DNA of 64,000 nt from Eledone cirrhosa (taxonomy: Eukaryota), in contig OZ024744.1 in NCBI GenBank assembly GCA_964016885.1, positions 82,708,001 through 82,772,000 on the forward strand. Reading direction: 5' to 3'. Under the pieces are notes generated by a model. That model did no database searches and was not told the DNA's origin. It was given only the letters and a program-made list of their open reading frames with translations. The position numbers and the translations under genes were made by a program. Every line of letters starts with the position of its first letter. Positions within the stretch are counted from its first letter, which is position 1. This document shows positions 27,576 to 40,900 of this stretch, one piece after another.

Positions 27576-28348
27576 GCAACAACAACAACAACAACTACAA
27601 CTACAACTACAACTACTATCATCAGCATACAACAACAACAACAACAACTACAACTACAACTACTATCATCAGCATGCAACAACAACAACAACAACAGATA
27701 CAGTAGCAGAGACAACAACACTCCAAGCAACACTATCCGCGCTTCCATAATTGTCACTACCACCTCAACTAACAATACCACTACCGCGAGATTTAACCTT
27801 TGCGAGATTTCACCAGTACCATCACCACCACTATCACTAGCAACAACAGCTTTTTAGCAACACCATCACAATGCTACTACCAACACCACTATCACCACTC
27901 CTACTACTACTTACACCACTACTGCCACCACCTCCTTAAATATACCAACACATAGAAAAGCAGCGACGCCTCAGAGAAGCTCCATCAACCAACATATCCG
28001 CCATTACTGAAACAGACACATTTGTTAACACTATAATATCACCAAGCAATTACACCAATGTCACATATACGATTATGATCAGCTAATCACCAACACCACC
28101 AACACCACCACCACCACCACCACCACCACCAGGTCCACTACTACCACAACCACTCTAATATTATCACACCAACACCAACACTATCACCACCACCACCACC
28201 ACCACCACCACCACCACCACCAATTTTTCATCATCACCTCATATTCCACTACGACCACCAACAATTTAGAAACACTGCGACACCACTAAAATTAACATAA
28301 CACTAAACACCAGCTTCAACTTTATTACTACTAATATCAACACCATCA

Positions 28349-28443
<95 letters not shown>

Positions 28444-28520
28444 GAATTGCCACATATCGTTATTACTATAGATAGCCACCGGGAACACCACAAGCAACAC
28501 CAATACCACCAACACCACCA
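26415..28520. repeat. Low-complexity GGT-, CAC-, CAA- and TAC-rich tracts with local short duplications
   Basis: Direct inspection; CTACAACTACTATCATCAGCAT occurs three times at 27521-27675. Confidence 0.8.
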
Positions 28521-28600
28521 CAAACAATACGAGTTCTCATGATAACAATAAGAGTCCCATCACACATACAAACACACACACATACACACACACACACATA

Positions 28601-28648
<48 letters not shown>

Positions 28649-28654
<6 letters not shown>

Positions 28655-29560
28655 AACGTATGTCCATAGAATCATTTGATAAGATATATACACCAACTCC
28701 TCTCCCAATGATTCTATGGACATACGTTATTGTATATTGCTCTGATTGTTGATTATTTAATTAATTAATTCGTCATTGAGCCACATCGTGAATCGTTGCC
28801 AAAAACATATATATATATATATGACTTTGTCTAGTTTGTGTATATGTAAATCTTTATATTTGATGATCTCCCATAAGGTTGAGATGCAATTTAGGCAATA
28901 TTAGGCTGCGCTTTCTAGCAATCAGCCCACTCGTCGTAAGGCACCAATCACATTCTTTCTGACGACCACTGCCACGTCACAGTTCTTAGCCATTTTGAAT
29001 TCGTTGTGAGAATAGGCATCAAATCTTCGTCCAAGTGAGTTTGTTTCCTGATGATTTCGAAGCTCGTGAATTTATCCTTGATCGGATATTTCCAAAAGCG
29101 AATGAAACCCAATGGGGTAGAAACGTAATCTTGGTATGTTTATATACATTTTTTCTTCTACCTTTAATTGTATACCTAATTGTGTATGGTTGACGATATA
29201 TTTAATCGATTTCCACGTGCTATTGAAGTGCTGCGTAAATATTCTATAGCTGTTGATCACTAATAGATCGCTGTCGTTTATTTATCTATTATTTCTTCAT
29301 AGGTGCCTTTTAATCTTATAGCCTGGTTTAATTGGTTTTTTGTGTGGTTGATGATGCTGATTGGGAGAGGAGATGGTGTATATATCATATCAAATGATTC
29401 TATGGACATACGTTATTGTATATATATATATATTGTTGATTATTTAATTAATTAATTCGTCATTGAGCCACATCGTGAATGGTTGCCAAAAACATATATA
29501 TATATATATATATACATATATGATTTTGTCTAGTTTGTGTATATGTAAATCTTTATATAT
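28649..29560 (+). mobile_element. Non-coding hammerhead retroelement (retrozyme/Penelope-pLTR-like): 686-bp unit with terminal direct repeat and 5' inverted tag
   Basis: 28707-28859 is repeated at 29393-29560; 28649-28708 is the reverse complement of 29360-29420; internal hammerhead; (TA)n on both flanks. Confidence 0.8.
29042..29125 (+). ncRNA. Type-I hammerhead ribozyme, intact core
   Basis: GTTTC CTGATGA T-TTCG...CGAA-T GAAA CCC-AATG-GGG TA GAAAC; predicted cleavage after A29119. Confidence 0.85.
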
Positions 29561-29582
29561 ATATATATATATATAGATAGAT

Positions 29583-29679
<97 letters not shown>

Positions 29680-30152
29680 TAGTCTTTGAATAAGTAGGCT
29701 ACTGGTATCCATAAGTATATCAGTAGCCAACCGCCGCCACCAGACCATCTGACCCATCTGAAATAGCTAGGCCAGTGACCACTTCCCCCTTTCCTCTAAT
29801 ACAAACCACCATACTATCAATTTGTTCACTTGTAAGGACATGCATCTTAACAAGTGAAAATACCTGGAGAGCAAGACACCCGCCATCATTAAACTGAGAG
29901 ATATTTACGCTTCACAATGCCTGCAATTCGGGCATAAGTCTGAAGGATTAGTGCATTTTACGCCATCAAATCCCACACACTGTTGCAGTCTATGCTCTTG
30001 CAAATGAAATTTCTGCCAAATATATTCAACCATCTACACACTCTTCTGGTCCCTACTAAATACAATACTACATCTTCTTACTGCCGTCTTAAATGATCCT
30101 AAATGTTCCTAGCTACTGCCATTTTAACTGGTCCTTGATATCTTAACTCATA

Positions 30153-30337
30153 GTGGATTGGCAGTATCAGTAGAGGGTCGGACGCCATGCTTTCCAGCAT
30201 AGTTACGTCCCTTTACGATCTCAGTTCAAATCCCGCCGAGGTTGACTTTGCCTTTCATCCTTGCGGGGTCGATAAAATAAAGTACCAGTAATGCACTGGG
30301 TAATTGCAGGCCTTGTGCCTAAAGTAGAAACAATTAT
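30153..30337 (+). mobile_element. SINE family 1 copy
   Basis: Near-identical to the 23088 copy. Confidence 0.9.
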
Positions 30338-30406
30338 GTTTTTATCATCCTCAATTCTAATATGTCAAACCTTTTGAGCCATATTTCCAATGAAAGAAAT
30401 TGTTTA

Positions 30407-30407
30407 A

Positions 30408-30476
<69 letters not shown>
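30407..30476. repeat. (TAA)n microsatellite
   Basis: Direct inspection. Confidence 0.95.
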
Positions 30477-30478
<2 letters not shown>

Positions 30479-30811
30479 TTTCTTTATTAACCACAAGGGT
30501 TTACATAAAGTAGACATTAAGGACAGGACAATACAGGACGGTACAAATGGGCATTTCTGCGTGTAAAAAAAACAGAGGATGAAATAAAATAACAAAGAAA
30601 AATTCCCCAATAGTGGGGAGACTTCCGAGGGACATTTGTGGAGAAAGCCCATTAAAAGGCCACAGTGACGCTGACCACCAGGGCAAGTGCCCTCTCCCAC
30701 TTTTCCACCTTTAATTTACAGAGTAGGCCCATTCACTCGGGCCATACTTGCTTCTCTCACCCATCTTTCAACAAAATGCTGGGAAGAGAGCACTTCCCTC
30801 TATACCCTGAT
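30477..30811 (-). mobile_element. Tx1 3' end fragment (TTA-type lineage)
   Basis: Minus strand ends CCCTTGTGGTTAATAAAGAAATC(ATT)n; near-identical to 33487-33822. Confidence 0.85.
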
Positions 30812-30839
30812 TATTATTATTAATGATAATAATAATAAT

Positions 30840-33430
30840 AAAAAATTGGCAAGTCAACAATAACTGCTAAATCAATACCACCCAAGGAGGAAGTGTAAGA
30901 ATTCTGGGAAAAGATCTGGGCTGAAGAAAAAGTTCATTATATACATGCCCCATGGATAGACAGACAAATGAAAGATACAGCTCACCTTGAGGAACAAACA
31001 TGGGAAAATATAACAGTTGAACATCTGCGTGTAGCTCTTAGAAAATCCGGCAAATTGAAATCCACAAGGAAAGAAATATACAAAATTTTTGGATAAATGC
31101 CTTCACAGAGTCTCATGAGCTGTTAGCCCAACTTAACAATGAAATGGTTAAGGAGCCAGAAAAGATGCTATCAGGGCTAGTTAACGCATTACATTCCTAC
31201 TTCCGAAGATTGATGAGACAAACAATCCCAAAAATTACAGACCGATAACTTGCTTGAGCACAATGTATAAAATGTTAACATCAGTCCAAACTGAATATAC
31301 ATATGGTCACCTGATAACAAATGACCTATTTCCCATTGAGGAGAAAGGGTGCAAACGAGGCTCATATGGCTGTAAAGATCAGCTTTTGGTTAACAAAATG
31401 ATACTGGAAGATTGTCATAATAGACACAAAAATCTATCAATTGCTTGGATAGATTACAAAAAAGCATTCGATAGTTTGCCACACAGTTGGATTGAAAAAT
31501 GTTTAGAGATTTTCAAAATATCTCCCATTGTCAGGAGGTTCCTGTCATTCAGTATTAAGACATGGAAAACGACACTCCTTTTGAATAGTGAAAAAAATCA
31601 GTAGAAGCTGGAGGAGTTAATATTAATTGTGAAAATTTTCATGGTGACTCTTTATCACCGCTTTTATTCTGCATCGCACTTATACCATTACAAAACATGG
31701 ATATAAAGTCTATGACAAAGCCATTAATCACTTCTTCTACATGGATGACCTGAAACTATTTGCAAAAAATGATGAACAATTGCAAGGGCTATTATCTACT
31801 GTGAAGCAGTTCAGTGATGATATTAAAACGGAGTTTGCACTAGACAAATGCGCCAAAGAAAATCACCAGAGAAAAGCTGCTGAGAAGTTCAGACATTAAT
31901 CTTGATCGGGGGAAAGTGATAAGCGAACTTGATCAAGAGGAAACTTACAAATATCTAGGTGTTTGTGAAGGAGACGGAATCCAGCAATCGACAATAATGG
32001 AAAAGATAAGGAAGGAATGTTACCGCAGAGTAAGAGCAATCTTAAGAACAGAATTGAATGCAAGGAATAGGATCGATGCCATAAACACGCTTGCCATACC
32101 AATAGTAACCTACAGTTACAATGTCATCAACTGGTCAAGCACAGAGATCCGTAGGCTCGATACAAAAATGAGAAAATTCTTAACCATGTACGAAATGCAT
32201 CACCCTAAGGCAGATACAGATAGAATATATCTCCCTAGGAAAGAAGGAGGACGTGGATTAATCAAGTTAGATATTGCTTTGAAAACTGCAACAATTGGAT
32301 TATCTACATATCTAAGGGAATCACATGATGGATGATCAAACTCGTTTTGAAACACGAAAGCATCAAAAGATCATATTCCATTACAAAAGATACACAAAGA
32401 TACAGTAATGGACTACAAATTTCAGAAGTCACATTTACTGCTGAAATGACAAACACTGAAAAAGCAAAGAAGGTAAAAGTAACTGCAAAGAAAGAACTGC
32501 TACAGAAACTGGCTAAGAAATGGCAAGAAAAGCCTCTGTATGGAAAATGCCCAGAAAGAGCAGAGCTAACAATCTTGATGTTGACAAAACTTTAACCCAT
32601 CAGTGGTTGGCATCCTCTGGACTGAATTCGGAGACTGAAGGACTGATTATATCAGCACAAGATCAGTGTCTGCCAACAAAAAATTATCAAGCCAACATAA
32701 TGAAAAAAGGATGCAACGCATTATGCCGCGTATGTAAAAAACAACCAGAGACCTTTGATCATATAATTTCAATGTGCAGTCCTATAGCTCCAACCGAATA
32801 CCTAAACAGGCATGACAGAGCTGCACAATACATACATTGGATAATGTGTAGCCTGCCCCATCAAAAGAATTGGTGGAAGCATCAATCACCTCCCGTACTT
32901 GAAAAAGATCACATCTCAATCTTGTGGAACTTTAGCATCCACACAGACCGAAAAATAGATGCGAATAGACCTGATATAATACTGAAGGACTTTAAAAAGA
33001 GGGTATGCCTGCTAATTGATATGTCCGTTCCAATAGACAAGAATGTATCTATAAAAACATTTGAAAAATTTAGCAAGTATAAAAGCCGGGAGACAGAAAT
33101 TGGAAACATGTGGAAATTGAGAATTAAAATAATACCAGTGGTTGTAGGTGCTCTAGAATAATACCTAAGGGGTCTAATGATTACTTATCGCAAATCCCAG
33201 GAACCACGCATATAGGAGAAATACAAAAGATAGTACTAATGGGAACTGCTCATATACTAAGGAAGATTCTGTCAATATAAGTACATCACAAGTCTAAACA
33301 CCTAAATATGCATGTGTGTGTATGTATGTTCTTTCTTGAACATGAAAGGACCCTGTTGTCTCTTGGGTCACAGGTTGTGACTTGGTGACAACTCGTATGA
33401 ACATAAAGCAAGATAAATGCAACTGTAATC
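30840..33430 (+). mobile_element. R4/Dong-type RLE non-LTR retrotransposon, 5'-truncated, disrupted
   Basis: NYRPITCL, KGCKRGSYGCKDQL, WIDYKKAFDSLPH, YMDD, YKYLG, GGRGL, CRVC..ETFDHIISMC, RHD, RPDIIL..LIDMSVP; (TAA)n on both sides. Confidence 0.92.
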
Positions 33431-33469
<39 letters not shown>

Positions 33470-33486
33470 CTAATAATAATAATAAT

Positions 33487-33952
33487 GTTTTCTTTATTAA
33501 CCACAAGGGTTTACATAAAGTAGACATTAAGGACAGTACAGGACAATACAGGACGGTACAAATGGGCATTTCTGCGTGTAAAAAAAACAGAGGATGTAAT
33601 AAAATAACAAAGAAAAATTCACAAATAGGGACATTTGTGGAGAAAGCCCATTAAAAGACCACAGTGACCCTGACCACCAGGGCAAGTGCCCTCTCCCAGT
33701 TTTCCACCTTTAATTTACAGACACATACTCAGAGAAGGCCCATTCATTCGGGCCATACTTGCTTCTCTCACCCATCTTTCAACAAAATGCTGGGAAGAGA
33801 GCACTTCCCTCTATACCCTGATTTTCCTTTTCAAATAAAATTTGAAAAAGTTAATCAGGGTATCACCGAAGAGGTAAGTGCTCGTCTTCAGCCCTTTCAA
33901 ACGTGTCCACCATACTATCTCTTTCGCCATGGCCACCAGACAGATAAAAACT
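33487..33952 (-). mobile_element. Tx1 3' end fragment (TTA-type), tail-to-tail with Dong
   Basis: ORF2 end (VAMAKEIVWWTRLKG) plus 3'UTR; TAA tracts on both sides. Confidence 0.85.
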
Positions 33953-33979
33953 AATAATAATAATAATAATAATAATAAT

Positions 33980-36900
33980 GATTTCTTTATTGGCCACAGA
34001 GGCTGACATCAAGAAAAACATTGCAGGCGGTAGAGGACAGTACAGGGCGGTACGATGTGGGTTTTGTGCGTGTAAAGATTTTTATTATTTATATAAGAAA
34101 TGAAAAAAAAAACATAAAAACATATATATATATATAAACAATAAAAATGAAAATTGAAACAATGAAAAATTCTCCAATAGGGGGGAAACGTCCGAAGTTT
34201 ACTCGTGGCGAAAACCACACAAAAGACCACGGCCACCCTGACCACCAGGGCAAGCACCCTCTCTCAATTGTTTCCATCTCTCAATCTACAGACGTATATT
34301 CAGAGAGGTCCCGTTCACTCGGTCCATTCTCGCTACATTCACCCACCTTTCAACAAACTTGCTAGAAAGCAGCACTTGCCTCTCCATTCTGATTTTCCTC
34401 TTCAAGTGAAACTTGAACAAGTTAATCAGGGATTCGCCGAAGAGGAAAGTATCTGTCTTTAACCCTTGTAACCTTGTCCACCACACAATCTCTTTCGCCA
34501 TGGCCATCAGGCAGATGAAAACCGCCTGCCCTTCCTCCTGGAAGGAAGACGGCAAGACCATCTGCACAATGGACTCAGTGGATAACCGGATCGGTCCTAC
34601 ACGCGACTGCAACTGTTCGACAAGTCAACAATGCTCGGGCACTGAACGAGTGCGTGCACAACGGTTTCGTCGCTCTGCGCGCACCTCGGACAGGCTCGGC
34701 TGACGGCACTTCCGTGCCTGTAGAGCTTATCTCGAACCAGAAACGCTCCCCGGTAGCACTGCCAGGCCAGGGATTTCTGGAAGTTATCCATAGGCCCTGG
34801 GCTAAAAGTTCTCCGGAAGAGAGCAAGCAGCTGATCTTCTTCGACGCCCAGGATCTCTCCGAGAACGTCGTCGCTCTTCCACTCCACTAGTCCTCCATAG
34901 AACGCCGAGGTCGATGTTCCACCGATACTGGTGCCCAGCTGGCAGAGGGCAGTGAGCGCCTGCAGACATTCCAGTTTCCAAGCGCTATCCCTCGGTCTTT
35001 TCCTGACCCAGGACTGCAGTTCCGTCAAGGAGAAGAGCTGTGGGAAAACGTGCCTGGCGAACAGCGACCACACCTGTTCACCGTCAAGGAAGCTCAAGAG
35101 ATGACGCAGCCTCAGCGCATGTTTGCGCATCATCAGCCATGGCATGCTCAGTCCTCCACGCAACGGGTGTTGACAGCAGATGGATCGTCTGACCATAGGA
35201 GCGCGTCCGTTCCACAAAAAGCGGAAGAGGAGGCGCTCCATTTTGGTGAGAGTTGGGCCGGGGCAAGGGACGACGTTGAGGCGATAGCGGATGACGGATG
35301 CGATGTACGCATTCGCCACCTCCGCCCGGCCTTTCAGTGACAGCTTCCTCTCGGCCCATTTCTAGGTGAGAGAGGCCACCCTGCTCGTCACCTCGCTCCA
35401 GTTTTTCTCCACCTGGAGGTCCGATCCGAACCAGATACCGAGCAATTTAACCGGTCCGTCCGTCCAACGCCCCACGACGCTGTCGGACGGCATCGACTTT
35501 CCTCTCCAGGTGTCGAGCTGCAAGCCCACCGACTTTTCCTGGTTTATCTTTGCTCCTGTCGCTGCTTCGTATTCCTTGAGAACGGTGCCCAGCATCTGGA
35601 CATGCCTGGTGTTCGACACGACCACAGCGTAAGCCGACTCCGATTTCCAGCATACTAGTTCGCGTGGGACGCCCCTCATCGCCCCCAGTTTGTGCAGTAA
35701 CGGTTCGAGAGCCAATACGTACAAGAAGGACGAGAGGGGACAAACCTGGCGGACCGAACGCATGATGATGAACAGCTCAGCAAAGTGTTGTTGAAAAGCC
35801 TCACACATCTGCTCGGGTTCGAGCAACACGCACCTGTTTTGGTCAGACAAAGACCGAATTGTGGATTTGTTGCCACGTCGCGCCTCTTCCCCCCGGGCCC
35901 ATTGGACGGCTTTCGTCCCCTCGTGTTTCAGAGCACGTACTCTAGCTCTGACAACGCAGCCTTCGTGTATTGCGTTGAAGAATTGGTCGAGTGCCAATCT
36001 CGCCGCAAGCACGTCGGTTGCGATGCCTTTCCTAAACGCCTCTTCTAGCTTTCTGACTAGCCACTCCCTCTACTCTATTTTCATAAATCGCTACTCCTTT
36101 GCTAAACATAATCGACTCTACTTTAATTGCCCTTTTCAGGGCAAACCACCACCTGTTGTTGACGGCCGCTCCTTTCCAGTCGCCCACTAACACTAAGGCG
36201 CGGGACGTTCCCAGAAAGGTCTCTAGACGTCTGAAGAAATCTGGCCGTCCTGTCCCTGTCGGGGCATAGACGGCTACTAGCCTGAACGCGTTGCCTTCGG
36301 TGCCGTTCACGTCCGGCACCACCGACTTACCCTCTGGGTCCAGGAAGATGATGCGTATGGCGAGAGCCAAGCCTTTCCGAAACAAAATCTGGACGGCTCG
36401 GAGATGCGTACACCTCGTAACTGTCGAAGATCGGTGCGAAAGCTTGCGTTTCGGAGATTCCCGTCTCGCTGATGGCCACCACATCTATGTTGAGTGACCT
36501 GAGGTCGTTAAGCAAGTGACCCTGCTTCCAAACCGAGCTCAAGCCACGCACGTTTACACTTCCGATCATGAATACGGCCATGTTGGGCGAGGAACGGGGC
36601 AAGTGAGAAAGGATCACTTACCTTGATCGTCTGGTGAAGGGACCGTTGAACCGTCCCTTCGGCTGGTCGTCGGCTCTTCTGTGAGTATATCCGAGTATAC
36701 TCTCCAGTTGAGTGTCCCTCCTAGGTCTCTGAAATCACCAACTGCGTTGGGGAATTTCATTTTAATGTTAGTGAATTGTTTCTCTGATATTCTTACCAGT
36801 CTTATGTTCGTTGGTGTTTTGATTGGTGCTGGTATTATGTAGTCGTGCTGTGAAATGTCTGTGTGTTCAATTATGTAAGTCATTAGTTTCTTGTTGTGTG

Positions 36901-37466
36901 TATTTATTTCTGTGTTTTTCTTTTGGGGGGTGGGGGTGGTGGGGGTGGGGGTGGTGGTGGTGGGGGGGGGGGGTGCTATTTTCTTGTCGTTGTTGCTGGG
37001 TGTGTGTGTTTTGTTGTTGTGTTTGCGATGTTGGTGTTTGTGGTGGCGTTGTTGAAGGTGTTGTTGTTGTTGGCGGTGGGGTTGCCGCCGATGGTGATGG
37101 TAGAGCTAGTGTGGGTGGTTTTGCTGCTGTAAGTCTCTTTGCAGTAGCCTTAACCCTTTTTTAATCTCTTCCCTCCCTTTTCGAAGCCGACGATGCGCTG
37201 CTTCTGCGTTTGTGCCTTCTTGCGACATTTTGCTATGCCTCTCCCACCTCACACTCCATGTCCAATTCTGTGAGGTCGGGGAGGGGTACCAGCTCCTCTC
37301 TTTCACTTGTTCTTGTTGGTGATGGTTGCAGTGGAGTCTCTGTTGCAGCTGCAGTTGGTATTACTGTTGTTGTTGTTAATACTTCCACTGCTGCTGCTCT
37401 TCTTGATTTCCGTGGCATGGGTATGGGTGCCACGGACCTATCCTTCCTGCTTGCTGCCTCTCAGCC
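33980..37466 (-). mobile_element. Tx1 retrotransposon (TTA-type), 5'-truncated in ORF1, with multiple internal deletions (copy E)
   Basis: ORF1 C-terminus 36614-37433; EN MAVFMIGSVNVRGL at 36581; RT remnant; CPRC..ETVVHALVQC; 3' CTGTGGCCAATAAAGAAATC(ATT)n. Confidence 0.9.
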
Positions 37467-37500
37467 CTAGTGGCCAATAAAGAAATCATTATTATTATTA

Positions 37501-37940
37501 TTTCCTTTATTGGCCACAGGGGCCGACATATAGGGAACAATACAAAAGACTTTGACAGTGGGGTTTACATATACATATACAACGTGTAAACAATATAAAT
37601 AACAATAACAATGTAACAAGAAAATACAAGAAAAATTCCCCAAAAGGGGGGGATGACCACCCAGGGTTCTCTCAGGTATCCCACCAATCCTGAACGACCC
37701 GATGCTTCGAGAGCACCCTGGAAGGGCACCCCTCTCCTCCTCAAATTTACCCACGTACAGGCGCATGATCAAAATAGGCCAACTCACACAGACCATTCTC
37801 GCCATATTCACCCACCTTTCAGCAAATGTACTGGGGGGCAGCACTTCTCTCTCCACCCTCACCTTCCTTTCCAAGTGAAACTTGAAAAAGTTGATGAGGA
37901 TTGGCCGAAGAGAAAAGTGTCTGTCTTCAGTCCTTTCAAA
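37501..37940 (-). mobile_element. Tx1 3' end fragment
   Basis: KVRVEREVL..FAERWVNMARM; 3' CCCCTGTGGCCAATAAAGGAAA. Confidence 0.85.
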
Positions 37941-38047
37941 TAATAATTCTTTCTACTTTTAGGCACAAGGCCAGCAATTATCCAGTGCATTACTGGTACT
38001 TTATTTTATCTACCCCGTAAGGATGAAAGGCAAAGTCAACCTCGGCT
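37941..38047 (-). mobile_element. SINE family 1, 3' half
   Basis: Core plus tail GCTGGCCTTGTGCCTAAAAGTAGAAAGAATTATT on the minus strand. Confidence 0.85.
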
Positions 38048-38307
38048 TCAAATAATAATAATAATAATAATCAAGAATTTAGAGGGATTTAGTAATATAC
38101 AGAGACTGTTTTTTAGGTTGTTGGTTGTCAAATGGATTAAAGCTGAGGTAGACAGTCATAAGCAACTAACAACTTCTGTCATTACTTTGAATTTCCCATC
38201 TCACCAAGCACTGGTTCATATTAACCGGAAATATTTTTTTCTGTGTTCACGCATACCAATGATCATTGGTTTTTGCGAATATGAACGAAAGCGATATTAT
38301 TATTGAG

Positions 38308-38532
38308 GGCCGTGGATTGGCAGTATCGCAGTATCGGTAGAGGTTCGGACGCCATGCTTTACACCATAGAGTTACGCCCCTTTATGATCTGAATTCAAAT
38401 CCCGCCGAGGTTAATTTTACCTTTCATACTTACGGAGTCGATAAAATAAAGTATGAGTCACTGGTGTCGATTTCATGAACTCCCCCCCCCCTAAAATTGC
38501 TGGCCTTGTGCCTATATAAGAAGCTATTATTG
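38308..38532 (+). mobile_element. SINE family 1 copy (long-tail variant)
   Basis: Head, core and tail present, with an extra CACTGGTGTCGATTT segment as in the ~1000-1220 copy. Confidence 0.85.
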
Positions 38533-39129
38533 TGTATCTTTGTTGTTGTTGTTGTTTTGTTTTGTTTCCATTGCTGTTTTTTTTTAAATTATATTTTAAA
38601 TCAAAACAAAATATCTAATCGTATTTAGCACAAGAAGTTCCAAGCAAAGTCACATATGAACTTGGAACATGTCTCATTTTTTGGATCATAGTGAGCTGCG
38701 CTGATATCGAGTCTCATTCTTAATCACATTCTTTAAACACGTGTCTGTCCACTGGAGTTTTGTTATGTCTCCAAACTCTCCTTTCTGCCCAATACCAATA
38801 TCTACATAGATTATTCAGAGACTGTGAAGAAACAATCCATCACGTGGGTTTAGATAGACAGTTTGTTAAAAAAGAGAACCTGAATATTCAGGTGTGTGTG
38901 TGGATGGAGGGGGTGATGCATGCATGCGTATGAAATCATCTAAATGTTTTCATTCATTTCTTTTTCTTTGCTCTTGCTCGATGGGTCAGGGGTCATCTAA
39001 AGTAAGCGATACCAAAGAGATGATCGTGTGTAGAATCTACCAGGTCGACCAGTGCCCTCCATCACTGGCGTTCCAGTATCAGTCCCTCTGCATCCTCAAA
39101 AATGACGTCAAGCTTCCGGGATCGGGTTA

Positions 39130-39340
39130 TGATTAGGGATCAGGTCTGGATTGTTGGTGATTGTCCAGCCCAGGTAAATAAAGAACTTGACAAACTCCAC
39201 GTCGTCGGGGCCAATATGAACTGAGAGAGGATCTGGGTCATCACCCACATGCATCAGCTTGGTCTTCGCCCAGCTCTCATAAAATCCAAGCTATGCTGAT
39301 TCCTTCCAGTATATGTTTAGTGCGCCCCTCAGCGGATTGA
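39130..39340 (-). mobile_element. RTE-like LINE RT C-terminal fragment
   Basis: Minus strand translates SWAKTKLMHVG...VEFVKFFIYLG (KTK and F.YLG motifs of non-LTR RT). Confidence 0.6.
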
Positions 39341-39669
39341 TTTGTCATACATATGCAGAAAAAAAATGTAGTAATTCCAATAGATGACCATACAGCTACG
39401 AAAGAAATGGTTAAGTTATCCGAAGAGAAATAATCAGACTGTAAAGATTGAAAGCAGAAGCATCACCCATAATAATAATAGGTACATTTAGAGTATTAAA
39501 AAGAAAATGATGTTGATAAATGTATACATGAAACACCATACTGAAATAGCGCTGACAGACACGTTAAAAAATGTAGAGTAGACACAATCTATTATAGCTA
39601 CTAGAGAGTGTACATATAAGGTGAGTCATAAGTAACAAGGAAGTCCAACATTTATGTTCCAGTTGATAA

Positions 39670-40126
39670 TCTATATATCTAAAACAGAGAATGTCTGTCT
39701 GTCCGATCACTAAAACTCGAGAACCACCCAACCGATTGTTTGCAAACTTTACACATGTAATACTTATGGTCCTGTGAATGTTTTGAGCAAAAACAATTTC
39801 AAATTTTCAATGCCCTAGGGACCGCATTAGGCGATTTAGCGGTCTCTCTCTATAATTCTTAGTCTTTCTCTTTTTAGATAGATACATAGATTTAACATTG
39901 CGCCCTTATAATATCTGTCCGTATGCCTGGATGTCTGCATTACGACATTATGAGGTAGCTGTGTGTGTGTATATATATGTATATATATATAGTGTATATA
40001 TATATAGTGTGTAACGTTTTTCGAAATATTTACTTCTGCGTTCACAGATTGATTTTTTAATTTTAGTTTCAGAAGATCCCGTTAAGGGTGAAAGCAGCGA
40101 TTCTTTGCTTATAGTTTAATCTGTTA

Positions 40127-40178
<52 letters not shown>

Positions 40179-40328
40179 TATATATATTCGTGTACATATA
40201 TTTTTGCATACATAATAACAATATATAAACAAAAGTATTTATTTCACGAGGCTCGATAAGGATAAATATATATCAAATATTTAAGAACCCTAGAGCAAAT
40301 CCCGAGCAACGCCGGGCCATTCTGCTAG
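39670..40328 (+). mobile_element. Non-autonomous Helitron
   Basis: Inserted between A and T; 5' TCTATATATCTAAAA; 3' hairpin CCCGAGC-AAC-GCCGGG 8 nt upstream of terminal CTAG. Confidence 0.8.
40065..40115 (+). ncRNA. Second copy of the CAGAAGA hammerhead variant (stem I 3' strand decayed)
   Basis: AGTTTCAGAAGATCCCGTTAAGGGTGAAAGCAGCGATTCTTTGCTT matches 5822-5867. Confidence 0.6.
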
Positions 40329-40399
40329 TATTTACTAAAATTCTGCTCATACAGAACGTAATTATAAATTCATCAAGCAAAAGTAGTTGAAAACATTTA

Positions 40400-40900
40400 A
40401 TTAAAGTAAGTGTTCAAAAGGGTGAACTCGTTCTTCAATACATTTTGAAGCTCTATCAAGTAAAGAATAACGTACATGTTGATGCAAGTCGACATTGATT
40501 TCTGCACAAGAATTCACTATCTTTACTTTAAGCTGCTGAATGAACACTTCTCGGTTTTTCAGCATAGACTGAATTCTTCAGTACATCTCAAATAAAAAAG
40601 TTAAGAGGTGTAAGAACAGGATATCAAGGAGGATAATCGGTAGGACAATAGCGCCCGATTCATCTGCGTAGGATGTCATTCGTCAGGCCAGTTGCGTGCA
40701 AAAATAGTGTAATGAGGTGGTGCACCGTCTTGATGGAACCAAATCTCACAAGCATGTAGCAATTTCGGAAAATTTGACAGTAAATTATTGTTAAGCATTG
40801 TTACATAGTTGTTACCCGTGACAATTTCTTCGAGAAAGAACGGCTCGGCCTTGCAATAACAATGTGTTGACTGCACGGTTACATATAACTCACATTGTAC
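40400..40900 (-). pseudogene. Tc1/mariner-superfamily transposase, C-terminal remnant
   Basis: PFFLEEIVTGNNYVTML...WFHQDGAPPHY...*IGR...PP*YPVLTPLNFFI*DVLKNSVY (degenerate WPPRSPDLTPLDFFLWG). A possible TIR TATAAGGTGAGTCA lies at ~39615, beyond the Helitron. Confidence 0.8.

Noticed and set aside
29860-30100. Degenerate Gag-like zinc knuckle (SQCLQFGHKSEG...CSLC)
   Set aside because: Key cysteines are missing and there is no adjoining RT; too weak to call by eye.
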